DNA of 59,660 bases, counting the filler, from Sluysia triapertura (lineage: Eukaryota), in the NCBI GenBank assembly GCA_046118255.1. It is 4 parts of 4 records of this genome, joined end to end, with 100 filler letters (N's around TTAATTAATTAA, not from the genome) between each part and the next. Parts side by side here need not be neighbours in the genome. Positions count along the whole stretch, not along the records: positions 30,547 to 47,252 come from JBJNIA010198931.1; positions 47,353 to 59,660 come from JBJNIA010120861.1; 2 more parts are not named here. The stretch is one strand, 5' to 3'. A program made the position numbers and the translations under genes. The notes beneath the pieces are model-generated. The model was given only the letters and a program-made list of their open reading frames with translations, was not told where the DNA came from and did no database searches. Positions 38,746-51,856 of the stretch are shown piece after piece (the stretch's first letter is position 1; each line of letters begins with the position of its first letter).

Positions 38746-40528
38746 TTAAGTGGAATTTTGATTCTTTTCTTATGATAAGAATTAAACTTAATTAAAAACA
38801 AATTACTTTTGCATGAATTTTCTATAAAGAACAAAATTTTCTTTTCTGGCAATCACAACAGAAATTCAACCATTTATAGTTAAGTTTCTATGTTGAAAAT
38901 CAATATTTTAAAGAAATAATATTTCATTTGAATTGTAAAAACAAAAATTTCTTTAAAATAAAATTAAAATATAAAATTAATAATATTTTTAATACTTGAA
39001 ATAAATTTAATTATTTTTTAATTATAATAAATTATTTTATTAAGTCTAACTCCTTTATAATATTTAATTTAAAATAAAATAAATACAATAAATTTAATAA
39101 AATAAATAAATACATTAATTAACATTAATAAATACGATAAAATTTATAAAACATAATAATTACATTAAATTATCATTAACATTAAATCATTAAAATCATT
39201 AAAGCGTTATTATATTACTATCATAAGTTGTTCAATATAATTAAACTTTATAAATCAATATTAGATAGATTTTGTGATAAAGGTATTTTAATATAAAATT
39301 TTTAGTATGACAATTGTTACATATTTTGATAATTAAAATAACACAGTAAATATGTAAATGTAAAAAATGATGGAATAAATAATCTTATTATTTTATATTT
39401 AATAATTATTATAATTTACTATGTGTGATAAATGAGGTTAGTTAATATGAATGCTTTAATGTTTAATAACACTTACTCTATAAATCTTGTTTACAGATAT
39501 TAAAATGAAAAACGAAAAAATTACTGCAAATTAAGTTTAGAGATTAAGCGATGTTTAAACATTTATGTTGATAAATAAGATTTTCAACATAAAATATCAA
39601 ATATGAAATGAGTGTTATATAGTTCATTTCATATGAATAGCATCAAATTCAAGACCTTCGATCAAGGATCATCATTTACCAGGTGAGAACTATGATTACG
39701 GTTCATCGTCTGCATCGACAGGAGATGGAATATCAATATGAAGTGTTTGTTTTAACTATGCCTGTTGACAGTGATAATGATTTTTAGGTGATTGTGAACG
39801 GATGACTGATGACGGTATTATCTCGTATTAATTATATTTGAATTAATTGATGTTCTTAACTGTCGATTTGAAGATAATGGATCTTGATTATGTGTATATA
39901 TGATAGGGAAATTGTTGCTATTATTAGTAGTAGCTAAAAATATTGGACTAGTACAATTATGAGAAGTGAAAGTGAATGAATGGGCATGTTGTCTAGTAAC
40001 ATTATTTTCACGATAATTATGACATTGTATGTTTCTATCACTTTCGTCGATTGTATCATTAGTATCGGTGATGCAATTGTTTTTGTTATTTGAAGAAATT
40101 AATTTAGTTGGAATCGGAGTAACAATTGTGACCTAGAAGCCACAGAAATTTGAATTTGATGTTGCATTACTGCACGCAGTTTATTGATCGGAATTAAATA
40201 GTACTTTTCATCATCTGCAGACTGGGCAAAAATAGTATTTTTTATTGTATTATGTGGCACACAAGGACACATTCCACTACTGCTATCGCAAAAGTGTTAA
40301 AAGAAAGAAAAAATATGATAGAAGGTTTTGAGTGCTTTTGTAGAAATTTTTTAACTCTATTTGAGATTGTATATTTGTTTAATATTTTGAGTGTTAATTA
40401 CGGTGTTTTGTTTATTAGTTTTGGATGAAATTTTAAATGATGGGTTTTAACTACCACGTGGAATAATTTTTTAGTTTATAATTTAACAATATTTTAATTT
40501 TATGACCATTTTATTTTGAAATGTTTAG

Positions 40529-40721
40529 CGATTGCAGAAAATAGTGCCGGTTTATGTTTTTGAAAATGCAGCTATTTTAAATATAATTAAATCAAAAGAA
40601 GATCTAATCACAAATCCCAATTTAAATTCAAATTTAAAAATTTTAATTCAAGTTATCAAAAGAAATGAACATAATGCAACTAATAAGAAAATGTTGGATG
40701 ACTTATACCAAAAAATTCAAG
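40529..40721 (+). CDS. GPR107: GPR107/108 homologue, probable exon 6 (variable luminal region)
   Basis: Acceptor tgtttag, phase-0 start matching exon 5, open frame RLQKIVPVYVFEN...LYQKIQ and phase-1 donor matching exon 7. Assigned by phase and position, not by motif. Confidence 0.65.
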
Positions 40722-41585
40722 GTTATTTGAGAAAAATTGTATTTTATATAAGTTTAAATACTATTTTTATCACTTAAATCACTTCTATTGTTAAAATGAT
40801 TAAACAAAAATTTAAAAAAGTTTCGAAAATTTTATTTCGAATTTTCTTTTACGTTTTATTGAAATGAAAATTTGACACATCTATATGAAAAATAAAAAAT
40901 AATTTCAGATTATATCGAAGCTTATTTTGTTGCTAGTTATTATTTTAAGATCTGTTTTATTTAGAATTTGCACAATTATTTATAAATTCAAATTTAGTTC
41001 ACTAGCCAAGCAATTAGAGTACATGAATAAATGATCAGCATGTTACTTTAAAGTACGATTTTGATTAGAATTTAATTTATAAACATCTCCACGATAATTT
41101 TCAATAACTTTAGTGGATGTCCTCTCTTTTCATGCATCATTGTTGGACATTTTTTTCAATCCTTCGATTTTCAAACATAGGCAGATTTCTTTATCAATTA
41201 ATAGCTGATTTTAATCAGTCTAAGTGGAATTATAATTAATATTTTTCAACGCAGAAATAAACATAACTTTAAAGAAAAAAAGATTTTTTAAATATGACAA
41301 ACATTCTACATAAATAAAACACGAATTAAACATTTTAAAACAATTCATAGGTGAAACAAAGTAGTTATAATAATCCTGTAAAATAGGAGTTTTGAATTTT
41401 TTAGTATCAGCAGCAAAAATACCTAATATAATTAATGCAAAATTAAGTTGCTTTAGTAGAATCTGCTTCTCTGAAATCTTAAACTTGGAAATGTTTTATT
41501 GCATTAAAATGACACCCATTTCTGTTTTATATATGAAAATTGAATTTTGCAAACTAATTGCTTAACAAATAATTATTTATTTTAG

Positions 41586-41770
41586 TTCCTTTATCAATCA
41601 GTGTACAATTTCCGACTGAAGTAATTATTAATTATATTTAATAATATTTAAAGATTCTGGTTATATTTCCAACAAAAAACGAAGAAGGTTCATATGACTT
41701 ATTTTTTCATAATTGTAAAAAAGATGAGACTAAAAATTCAGTCAATCAACTAAAACCTGTTAATTTTAAG
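41586..41770 (+). CDS. GPR107: GPR107/108 homologue, exons 7-8 (41586-41620, 41654-41770)
   Basis: 33-nt GT-AG intron. Translates VPLSISVQFPTE|ILVIFPTKNEEGSYDLFFHNCKK..VNFK, and EEG.Y.LFFHNC is the conserved family motif preceding the 7TM domain. Confidence 0.88.
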
Positions 41771-44149
41771 GTTATTTTTTATCATTAGATAAATTATATT
41801 TGTGATATTATTAGATATTAATAATTTATATGGTTGGATTTTAACACTTGGCGCGTCGCGAACTTACGCGTTCAGCGGATGTTATTTGTTGAATATCGCA
41901 GGAGTTTGGTCATTCAGTAAAATCAGCAAAAACCGATTAACTAGATAAATAATAATAATACAGTAAAGATTATAGATTATTCATTAATAACAAAACTTCT
42001 TTGAAAAATTATCTAACATTTAATTATAGCAAAAAACTGTATTAAAAAACAATAAAATTATTGCTAAAATTTATAACAGAAAAATATAATTTAAATTAAA
42101 AATTAAGTCTAAAAGTAATAACATAATAGTAAACAATACAGTAATTAAAATTAAGAGAGAAAAATAATAACATATACTATAAAATAATAACAAACTATAG
42201 TGTAAATGAAATCCAACTATATTGTAAATGAAATAATATCAAAAAGGTAATTTTACTATATATTACTGTATTACAAAAATTGAAAAATATTGTTATGGAA
42301 AAAATCAAGTATAAATAGACGGGTTTTATAAACATTCTTACAAGGTATCGATTTGGTTTCAAGTATTTTGACATTCGATTATTTATTGAAGAAAAAGAAG
42401 TTATTTATCGTAGGTATTCAATTGCTGTTAAAGTTAAAGGTATTTGTTGTACAATTACTATTGAGTCAAAGGTATTTAAATAACTGACATTTTATAATTT
42501 AAGTTACATTAATTTTTATCAGAATAACATTTAAAATAAAATAATTAAAGTGTTGAATTTAAACTTAAAAGAAATTTACGAGAACCAAAAATAATTGTGT
42601 AGTATATTTTATATTGATAATATTGTTCGAATTATTTCGTTTTATACATTTCATAGTCGTTGTAACAAAGTTGATAAATAAACTTTTAGTGAGTTTAGTT
42701 TATATTATTTGATTTTGAGAAGAGCTTGAATTCAAACATTAATCAAACAAAACTGCACTTCCATCTCTTACACCAGAAACGAGTGAACAATAACCTCCAG
42801 ATATTATTATAAGTTTTAGAAAATAATTATCTTAAACTCAAGTTGCACATAAACGAGTAGAAAGCCTTAAGTTATTAGCAAAGCTATAAATGTAATATAA
42901 TTTTTATTCTAACAATAATAATAAAAATAAAAATAATACTAATATCATAGTACAATAAAGTTTATTTAAAGTAAATAATTCTGGCTCATCAACACTATCA
43001 CAAATGTTTCGAGTTTGCATAATAGTGACGAAAATAAATCTGATAAAATTTTCGATAAAATATATTAAAATCAAATTTAATGGAAATATAAAATAATGAA
43101 ATAGCATTAAAATATTTTTAACAAAATAAATAACTCAAAAACATCAACAAATTTAAGAAAAACTTGAAATTTCGAAAATCGAAAATAAAACGATTCATAA
43201 ATATAATCAAAAAATAATAAAAGAAAAATAAGAGCTTACCATACATAATTAGCCAAGAAATAAGCTGCACATGAAATTAAGTAATGCGGATGAAAATTTG
43301 CTAAAAAATAATAATTTAAAATGGATGTGAATTTATTATAACATATATTTACAATACAGAAATTACCAAATAAATATAAAAATATAGCCAGAATTACATT
43401 ATAGAATGTAATTAATTATTTGGAGAAAATTGGCAATACAGAGGTAAAAATATATGAAATAATATTAAAGTGCATTTTATTATAGAGGAAAATTGATCAA
43501 AGTATTGAAGAAATTATAATAGAAAATAATCAAGATACGTTTTGGATCTGGTGTGGGATCAGTGAAAAAATACTATAACATAACTGCAATAACAAGTTTG
43601 CGAAAGTGCTAGCGGTAATTTGGAACTTTTTGTTAAATTAATAACTCGGAACATATTTTGATAATTTTAAAATCAGCTGATATTAGTCAAAGTATTGTAA
43701 CAGTTTGAATATAGATTTAAACTAAATAATTCTAAGAGAATTTAAAAGTAAAAGTGGTACTAAGTTTAAAGTTATATTAACTTAGAGTTTATGGCTAATT
43801 TTAAAATGAATAAGAATTAATAATTGTTACCATTAATAAATTTAATGGTAATACGTCAAATTTAAAGTTAGAGTAACAGACAAGTTTTTCATTTTAAGTT
43901 ATAATAACTGCACACGTTATTTTATTAAAATAATTAAACCGCGTACGAAAGCCAAGGCAGTTGTTACAATTATATATTACTATAACTTAATAAATAACAA
44001 TAATCTATCTGACAGTTCCTTTATTAAAATACCAGAAATCTAAGAATGTCTTACAGTGTAGTCAATGTACTAAATAAAAACGATCAATATATTAGAAGCT
44101 TTAAAAAATGGCGAAACATTGACTTATATAAATCAAAAGATGATGTAAA

Positions 44150-44960
44150 TACAAATAATCGTCAACATAATAGTTCTTTAACAAAATGATAATTATCATT
44201 ATGTCATTGTAGAAACTTTATATTAAAGCTTTTCAATCTAAATTTTAAAAATAATCATATGTAAACTTTATGTTCGATGTTCTCAAGTAGTAATTGTAAA
44301 TTCGCCAAATTTCGCAAACCAATTAATGACGAAACATGTTTTCAAAGTTAATTCCTGATAATTCTTGTTGATTATCAGTGCATTTTTATTACAAAAGCAT
44401 TAACTGTATTGATCTTTTAAAATGTCGAGACTTTGCCTACAGAAATAAATTGCCATACTATTAAAAACTAGATTTAATAAAGCCTTTTGATGAAAGAAAT
44501 TGTAAATACGCAAAAGAATTTCACAAATAAAATAAAAAATTAGAGATCACGATCATTTTACCACGATGTATCTCGATCATCACACAACGGTATCAGTCAC
44601 AATTTAAGAAATTATGTCTCACTATATTTTAAAATGTGCACTTAATCAGTTTCTTAAGTAGAATATAGATTAGATACCACGAAATCGATAAAAAGTTACT
44701 CAAATACCCAGAAACGTACTTTTTCGAAAGAAAATTCGTAACTGAATGATTTTTGTCAATAAAAACGATTGAGTTACATTGATATCAATAATTTAGTCGA
44801 GTTCAAATGGATTTATAATAATCAATACTTGAATGATTTAATTTGTAAATTTAATGTATTGACTCGTTGCATATATTAATTTTTGACATACTTTTGAAAC
44901 AGACTTAATCACTCCACCCCATAAAGGATTTTTGGATGACTTAACCGTCAAAACGCCCAA
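44150..44960 (+). mobile_element. Maverick/Polinton protein-primed DNA polymerase B relic
   Basis: IRDHDHFT (44539-44562) and HNLRNY (from 44598) match the RDHDHLTG and FHNL..YD motifs. Also NYHYVIV (~44195) and FET...PPHKGFLDDLT (~44895-44946). Heavily deleted. Confidence 0.7.
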
Positions 44961-45858
44961 TTACTCTAAAGTTTCAAAAACACTTTTCATACACGAACTA
45001 AAGTGAAATTACTTTGCAATTGCATGTACAATTAGGTGAAATACTAAAATCCATAGAGCAGCAAAAATTCAATTATATAAACCATATTTTGGGAAATTAT
45101 TATTCTTATGTGAAGTTATTTTAAATCTTGCAGGCAGTAACATCTGTTAATAATTTAAAAAATTTTAATGAATATATCAATCAATATGTAATAATTTTAA
45201 TCTAAGACTAGTTTTGCGTTAAAAAATATGATTTTTATCAAGTAATATGAATTTTTTTTCTGAATTTATTATTATCTCTGTTATTCTTCATAAGAACTCC
45301 AAATTTATCTAATTCGTTAATACAGTAATAAACTTAGTAATAAATGAAAGGCTATATAAAAATACTTTCTGGTCAAATTATATAATAAATAAATCGCCAG
45401 CAATTAATGTAACACAATAAAAATAAAAACAAATTTCGATTCAAGATATAAATATATTGTTATTACAAAATAACAATTAATACTGAAAATCTTAATTCTA
45501 TTATTTATTAATGTCGTCCTACTTTTATTTAGTAATCTATTCGATTTGATATTAGTAACTTATTTAGTAACATATCAAATAAACTAAGTCACATTTGTCA
45601 CATTTGTGAATGATAATTAAATTTAATTAATTTATTCGGTTAAGTTAAGTTTATATTTGTATGCAGGATAAACTTATACTAATTAAAGTAATTAATTGTT
45701 AAAATAAAAATAAGAATCGAATTGGTCCATTATAATGTAAACAATCAAACTAGCATAAGTGCATAAATATAATGAAGATGTTATTAACAAGTTTAATGAA
45801 TTTTTAGAACTTTTTTTGGTATAGTTGTTCATTGCGTCTATTATTATAATCATTATAA

Positions 45859-46082
45859 CCATTTAAGGACGGAAAATGTACATATACGTTTTTAAATTTT
45901 TGGCAATGACATCAAGATTTTGAATATTTTGATAATTCTGAATCAGAAAGTGATTTATATGAATCCAATATTTATATGAATTCATCGGACAAAGAAACAT
46001 CGTTTACAGATAAACAGAAGAAAATATATGATTGGAGAAGTTTTGACAGTTTGTTTCCTAAAAAACAGCCGTTCTCAAAGGG
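45859..46082 (+). mobile_element. piggyBac deletion derivative
   Basis: ataa|ccatttaaggacgg ... ccgttctcaaaggg|ttaa imperfect TIRs. The interior encodes acidic DNSESESDLYES...W, like piggyBac N-termini. Confidence 0.65.
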
Positions 46083-47369
46083 TTAAACATTTTATCGCTG
46101 TTATTAAAATTTTGTAACATATCTCATATTGTGGACAAACACGTAATAGTAATAGCCAAAGCAATAGTAATATTGAGAGTTTTCATTTATATTAAAAGAA
46201 ACATTTCGAAAATGGATAATTATCTCAATTTACACCAAATTTCGGAACTAAAATAAGAAAGTTACGTAAGAAAATTATATGCTTCATGCTTAATCTTAAT
46301 CAAATTAGAAAGTACAGCTACCACAAAAAGTACATCAAAATTTAAAAAGTATTACAATAATTACACAATGTTGGAACAAGATTTATTGCAGTGATTCATA
46401 ATGAAAATTACTCGCTTTCTGTATTATACTCGATTAATAAACATTCACACACTAATACAGTAAAATATTATAAGTTAGTGAAAATGAAATTGTAGAGGGC
46501 TTAATATTGTAGGCTTATTATAGAGAAAAATTAACTGTAGAAAACTATAATAAAAATCACTATATAAATAAGTATTTTTTACTATAATTTCATTAATTTA
46601 AGGTTATTTTTCTAGTTTGAGGTTTGATATTATCCTGCGAAAGTAAACTTTTATTTACTTCGATTAACTATGATGGTATTCAATCATAATAGTTTCAACT
46701 CTTTTGCATCACTGATCATAAGAAAAAGGTCAGCCAAACCTTCAAAATTCAACTGAGTACAAATCTTGTATTTTTTTAAAATTTACCTTTTTATCGAATA
46801 TTGTCTTTACTTGACCATTCGTTTTCACCGTCTGTATTATTATATTGTATACATTGGAGATTAACAATTCTTTAAAAAATATTGCACTATTGAAGTATTC
46901 CATCAAATATTTTCAAATATTATCGCTACTTTGATTTTCATACAAATCAAATGGTATTTATTTGTAATTTCAAACTCCAAAATTTGAAGGTCACTTAATA
47001 ATGAAGAGGTATTTCAAGAGGTGTCTTTATACAGGTCGATACCTGTATGTAAACTCTAAACATCTGTATCAATCTTTTTTATTGTCGTTGCTATGGGGAT
47101 GTTTTTTAAATGTATTGAAATATTATTATAGTTTTCCTTAACTTTTTGATCGCTTAGTAGTAAATGGTCATAAATGTTATTAAGTTTTATTAGTCGATTC
47201 TTAATGAAAATAATAATTAACTTATAGATAGGTTCAGATGGGAAATCAAAAGNNNNNNNNNNNNNNNNNNNNNNNNNNNNNNNNNNNNNNNNNNNNTTAA
47301 TTAATTAANNNNNNNNNNNNNNNNNNNNNNNNNNNNNNNNNNNNNNNNNNNNCGCAATATAAATTAATA

Positions 47370-47429
<60 letters not shown>
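47370..47429. repeat. (ATT)n microsatellite
   Basis: Direct inspection. Confidence 0.95.
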
Positions 47430-47430
<1 letters not shown>

Positions 47431-47570
47431 AGAATCTTATCTTTTAAAATCCCCACATTTAGAACATTACACACTATATTACATTTTGATAGAGAATACT
47501 AAATTTACCAATTTTATGCTGTTTTATCGAAAATTTATGAAAAATTATGCATTTTTAATTAATTTTGAAA

Positions 47571-47672
47571 TTAACACTAGTGGAAGTGGCGCCAGCTTTT
47601 TAATGACGCCATATAATCTCTCAAATAAATTTATGTTCGCAAAAATGCGCTCACTAGTGGTTAAAGGGTTAA
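47571..47672. mobile_element. Short piggyBac-type MITE remnant
   Basis: Right end cactagtggttaaaggg|ttaa. The left end ttaacactagtg appears partly deleted. Confidence 0.5.
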
Positions 47673-48593
47673 AAGAGAAAATTAAAGATCCTTTGGGATT
47701 TTAATTGTAAAATATCCATTTTTATTGTTTCTATTTGATTACATTCATATTATACGTTACTTTCTTATTTGATTACATTGTATTATAATTGTTAATAAAG
47801 TTTTCGTTATTAATGTTAAATTTAATCGAAGATTAAATCACATAAGAAATTAATTAATCGATTGTGATAGTAGGAAACTGTTTTTAACATAATTTAGAAG
47901 TAGTTTTTATAAGTTTAAGAAGAATTTTGGAAAGATTGTTTAATAAAATTTGAATTGAAATAGTTATTTATAAGATTCTTTTAAAATTACCAAAAAAATT
48001 ACAATTATTAAAGCACACATTTTATATACAATACTAAGATTTACTTAGTACAGATACACGAATGCCATATTTACGACATTAGACGTTTGGCTTAATTTTA
48101 TTTTGCTATAGGTTATGAATTAAGTGTAAATAAAATAATTTATGTAAGAAATTGTAATAAAAGTAATAATAATCGTAAATATTTTTAATAATAATTTATT
48201 TCAGTATAAATATTTTAATATTAAAGTTTTGTTGTAAAATAATGTAATAATTGTAGAAAATATTAATAAATAATTTAAATTAAAATTATAAAAAAATCTT
48301 TATTATAAAATACAAATCTTTATTATAAAACTGAAATTTACATTATTATTCATCGAATCGAAAGCGGAAATTTATTTCTAAATTATTTATCGAAATTATA
48401 TAAACAAAAATCGAAAAACTGTCTATCGAATTTATATCGGATATTTATAATAATTATTGGATGTTTATTAATCATCAATAAACGGATACCGAAAAAGGTA
48501 TTTAAAGTTTAGAATCAATTAAACTTTTTAGAACTAAATACACAGAATTATTAAAGCACAAAAAGATTTAGAAATTTTAGAAGTTCAGTGTGG

Positions 48594-48732
48594 TGTTTAA
48601 TTTGGAATCATTCGATTTTGTTCATTCGATTTGGTTTATTCGATTTGCTATTTAATTTGGAATCATTCGATTTTGTTCATTCAATTTGGTTTATTCGACT
48701 TGCTGTTTAATTTGGAATCATTCAATTTTGTT
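48594..48732 (+). repeat. 55-bp tandem repeat (2.5 units) built from ~14-bp subunits
   Basis: t(g/a)tttaatttggaatcattcgattttgttcattc(g/a)atttggtttattcga(t/c)ttgc at 48594, 48649 and 48704. Confidence 0.95.
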
Positions 48733-49525
48733 GTCGGAGTTTTTCAATTTGATTCAGTAAGCTATTATTTATAAGATTTCGACCCTATTGTTTGCGGTCT
48801 TAAATTACACTCAAACTCTTTCATAAATTTTTGTAGAATAAACCCACAAGTACTTTCTGGGTTAAAATCTCACTTAAACTTGTAATATATATATTATTAT
48901 TATAATTAAATTGTCTATATTGTTTAAAATTTTATTGAGTTGAGTTTTCTAAATTTTTTTATTGTTGTTCTATACCTTGTTATATTTAATAATAAAAGTT
49001 CCTACATCAAGTTTTGTTGTGTTATTGAATAAGAAGTTTATGAGATTTAGTGAAGAGAAAAATAACGATTGTTTAACAAGAAAGTGTTATAAATTTAGAT
49101 ATTGAATAAAAGTTTTCAAGATTAGAAGTTAGTATATATTAAAGAAAATTAAAGATTTTTTGAATTAGTTAATTTAATAGTTACAAAAATATATAGAAAA
49201 AGGGTTGAAAAAGGAGTAAAGATATTTAAGTACTAATAAGAATATAGTTTAGAATTAATTATTTGGTAGAGTAATACGGACATAATCGTATAGTGAATAA
49301 TTTCTTTTGAATACATTAACTAATTATCAGATAAAAGTTTAATCTCTAAAAAACACAAAAAAACACTCTAACAAAGCATAGAGTACTGACCCTCGTTAAT
49401 TCATTTGACAAAGCTTTAAAATCCTACGCAGACGTCCATCATAGGTAAATCGTTTAGCGTAGGCTGACCCAAAAGATAAAGTTAACATTTTTATAATTGT
49501 TCCAAGAGTAAGAAAACCGAACACT

Positions 49526-49630
49526 AGAATGTTCTAGAATATTCTATAACATTCAATCAATACAATGAAAATCGCCATTTTGTAATAACATCAATTTTAT
49601 AACAACTCCATTTGCACAGCGCCATTTTCG
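49526..49630. promoter_or_regulatory. Perfect four-unit heat-shock element beside YY1/Pho-type motifs, inside a repeat
   Basis: AGAAT GTTCT AGAAT ATTCT at 49526-49545. CGCCATTTT at 49573 and 49620. A 26-bp exact inverted match to 10283-10308. Confidence 0.5.
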
Positions 49631-51701
49631 TATCATTTTTAAAATCATTGGGAAATAATTCTGTCAATCGCCGCCACAATTCGATTTGAAAAATTCATTG
49701 GAAATTTTAGATAAGAATCAACATTTAATGCCCATGAATAAAGTAATTTATTTTTCTTACGGTTTCCCGATATATTGAAGGGTAAAATACAGTGCAAAAT
49801 CATAATTAAATAGGTTAAAGGCTCGAGAGAGTTAAAATAATCTATTGAGATTTTTTTGTTCTTTCTGTCTTTTTGCATTTTTATCCTATAAACAATTTTA
49901 GTTATTTGATTTTTGTAATTTTTAAATAAAAATTCATTTGACGTTTGTGATTTTATTTAATAATTGAACATTAAATCATTATAATTTGACCCTCTTATAT
50001 TTAGATTGTCAGTTTGTCTTAACTTATATTGTTACAGAAGTGCTCTCTTTACGACATAAACCGGATTTAGATTTAAGCATCAGTAAAAACCACAGCAATA
50101 TTAATATTTTTAATTTTATTTCAATGTTTTTTTACATACAATAAAAAATAATTTAATAAAATACAATAAAACATAAAATGTATTAATAGACTAAACCCGA
50201 TTAAATATTGGAATAATTCGTAAATGATGTACCCTTCTTGAAATTACATCATCACAATTTCGACATATGATTAACTGAGCTATTCGACTATAAAAATTAT
50301 CTAAAATAAAATATTAAAATAAAATTTTATAATTTAGTTTCTCATTTTGATTTATTTCATTTATTTTGTCCGAAACTATCTATAAAACAAAATATAAATT
50401 ATTTTTCCATGGTTTGTATCACTACGTGAAATTATCGGTTGAAAATATTTTTATTAAATCAGATATCTTATGATTATTTAAATTCAATACATTGAAACTT
50501 ATGTGTGAACAGTAATGCGTCAATATAGTAATGAGTTCGTACTTTTAATATATTATTTCAGTATTTTGTGAAATTTAGAAAAGATAAAATTATAATAAAT
50601 TATGATATATTCAACAAATGTGAACAAGAGCGCTTTTCGTTTGTAATATTAAAGAAAAATAGGTGTAAAATAGACCATAATTAAAAAGTAAAATAAACAG
50701 TATACATTTAGTTATGTTAAGATTTAATCTTTCTCTGAATTTTCTAAAAGTTAAAAGTAAATTAGTTAATTAATTTAATTAAAATCATTTAAAAATCGTT
50801 TTAACCCATTAACTTTGAGTATAGTATTGCAAGCTGTTTTATTCGGACTAACTTGCAAAATAAAATCTGATTTTAGGTTCGTCTACAGCACGACATGTCT
50901 ATAGGATTTCAAGTTAATAATGTAATCGTGATGGCGACACTATCAGGACGAGTCTCTATGTTCCCTTATCCTTTAATACTGAGGGTTGGACCAGATAACC
51001 GTATTCTTAATGATATTGTAACATAATAATCAATTTTTTAATTTAAAATTTAACTAATTTAAATTTGTTTAAAATAAGATTGTTTTAAAATAAAGTTAAA
51101 ATTATTTTCATTAAAATTATAGTGCTTTACATTAATTTAAAATGAATATTAATAGAGTTAATATAAATCTAAAATTTAATAACAAATAACAACCAATTTT
51201 AAGTTAAAATTAATAAATTGTCATTTTAAAATGAGATTCTATAGAGGCAATATGAAATCAAAATCTAAGCAAAACTATTTTAATAATAAACTAAAATTTT
51301 ATTAAATTGAGATTGAATAAAACTAGTGCGTAATTAAAGATTAACAATATTATTCTCGATCAAAATTAACTTAAATTAAGATTGGGCAGAGTAGAGAGAA
51401 TAATTTCAAAGCATTATAATCAAGAATAATTATATTATTATGGATTATATATAATTAAAATTTAAATTCAGAGTGATAATTATTAATGTATTTAGCTAAT
51501 GAAACTATTATTAATTTATTATGTAGATTATTAATATTATTATAAAAATTATCAATCTATGTAGAAAAATATTGTTATTATTAGTTATTGAACTGTGTGC
51601 AGTGAAATTATTTACTAACGATTTATTATGTACATACATTATTAATATTATTTTATGTGACAAAATTCTATGTAATAAAAATAATGAGTATAAATATGAG
51701 C

Positions 51702-51856
51702 TGTTAGACTTCATAAATTGGACTGACCGGAGATCGAACCCGGGACCTATCGCTGCGCAGTCGATGCTCTACCACTGAGCAATCATCTCCGTCTAACAAT
51801 TTTTAGATTACTACAGTCCATTATACTACATGGCACTTTAGGCCTGCATACCAACA
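51702..51856 (-). mobile_element. tRNA-containing mini-element, copy B (GAGC TSD)
   Basis: gagc|tgttagac...ataccaaca|gagc, with a tRNA-like core at 51719-51789 (-). Confidence 0.92.
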
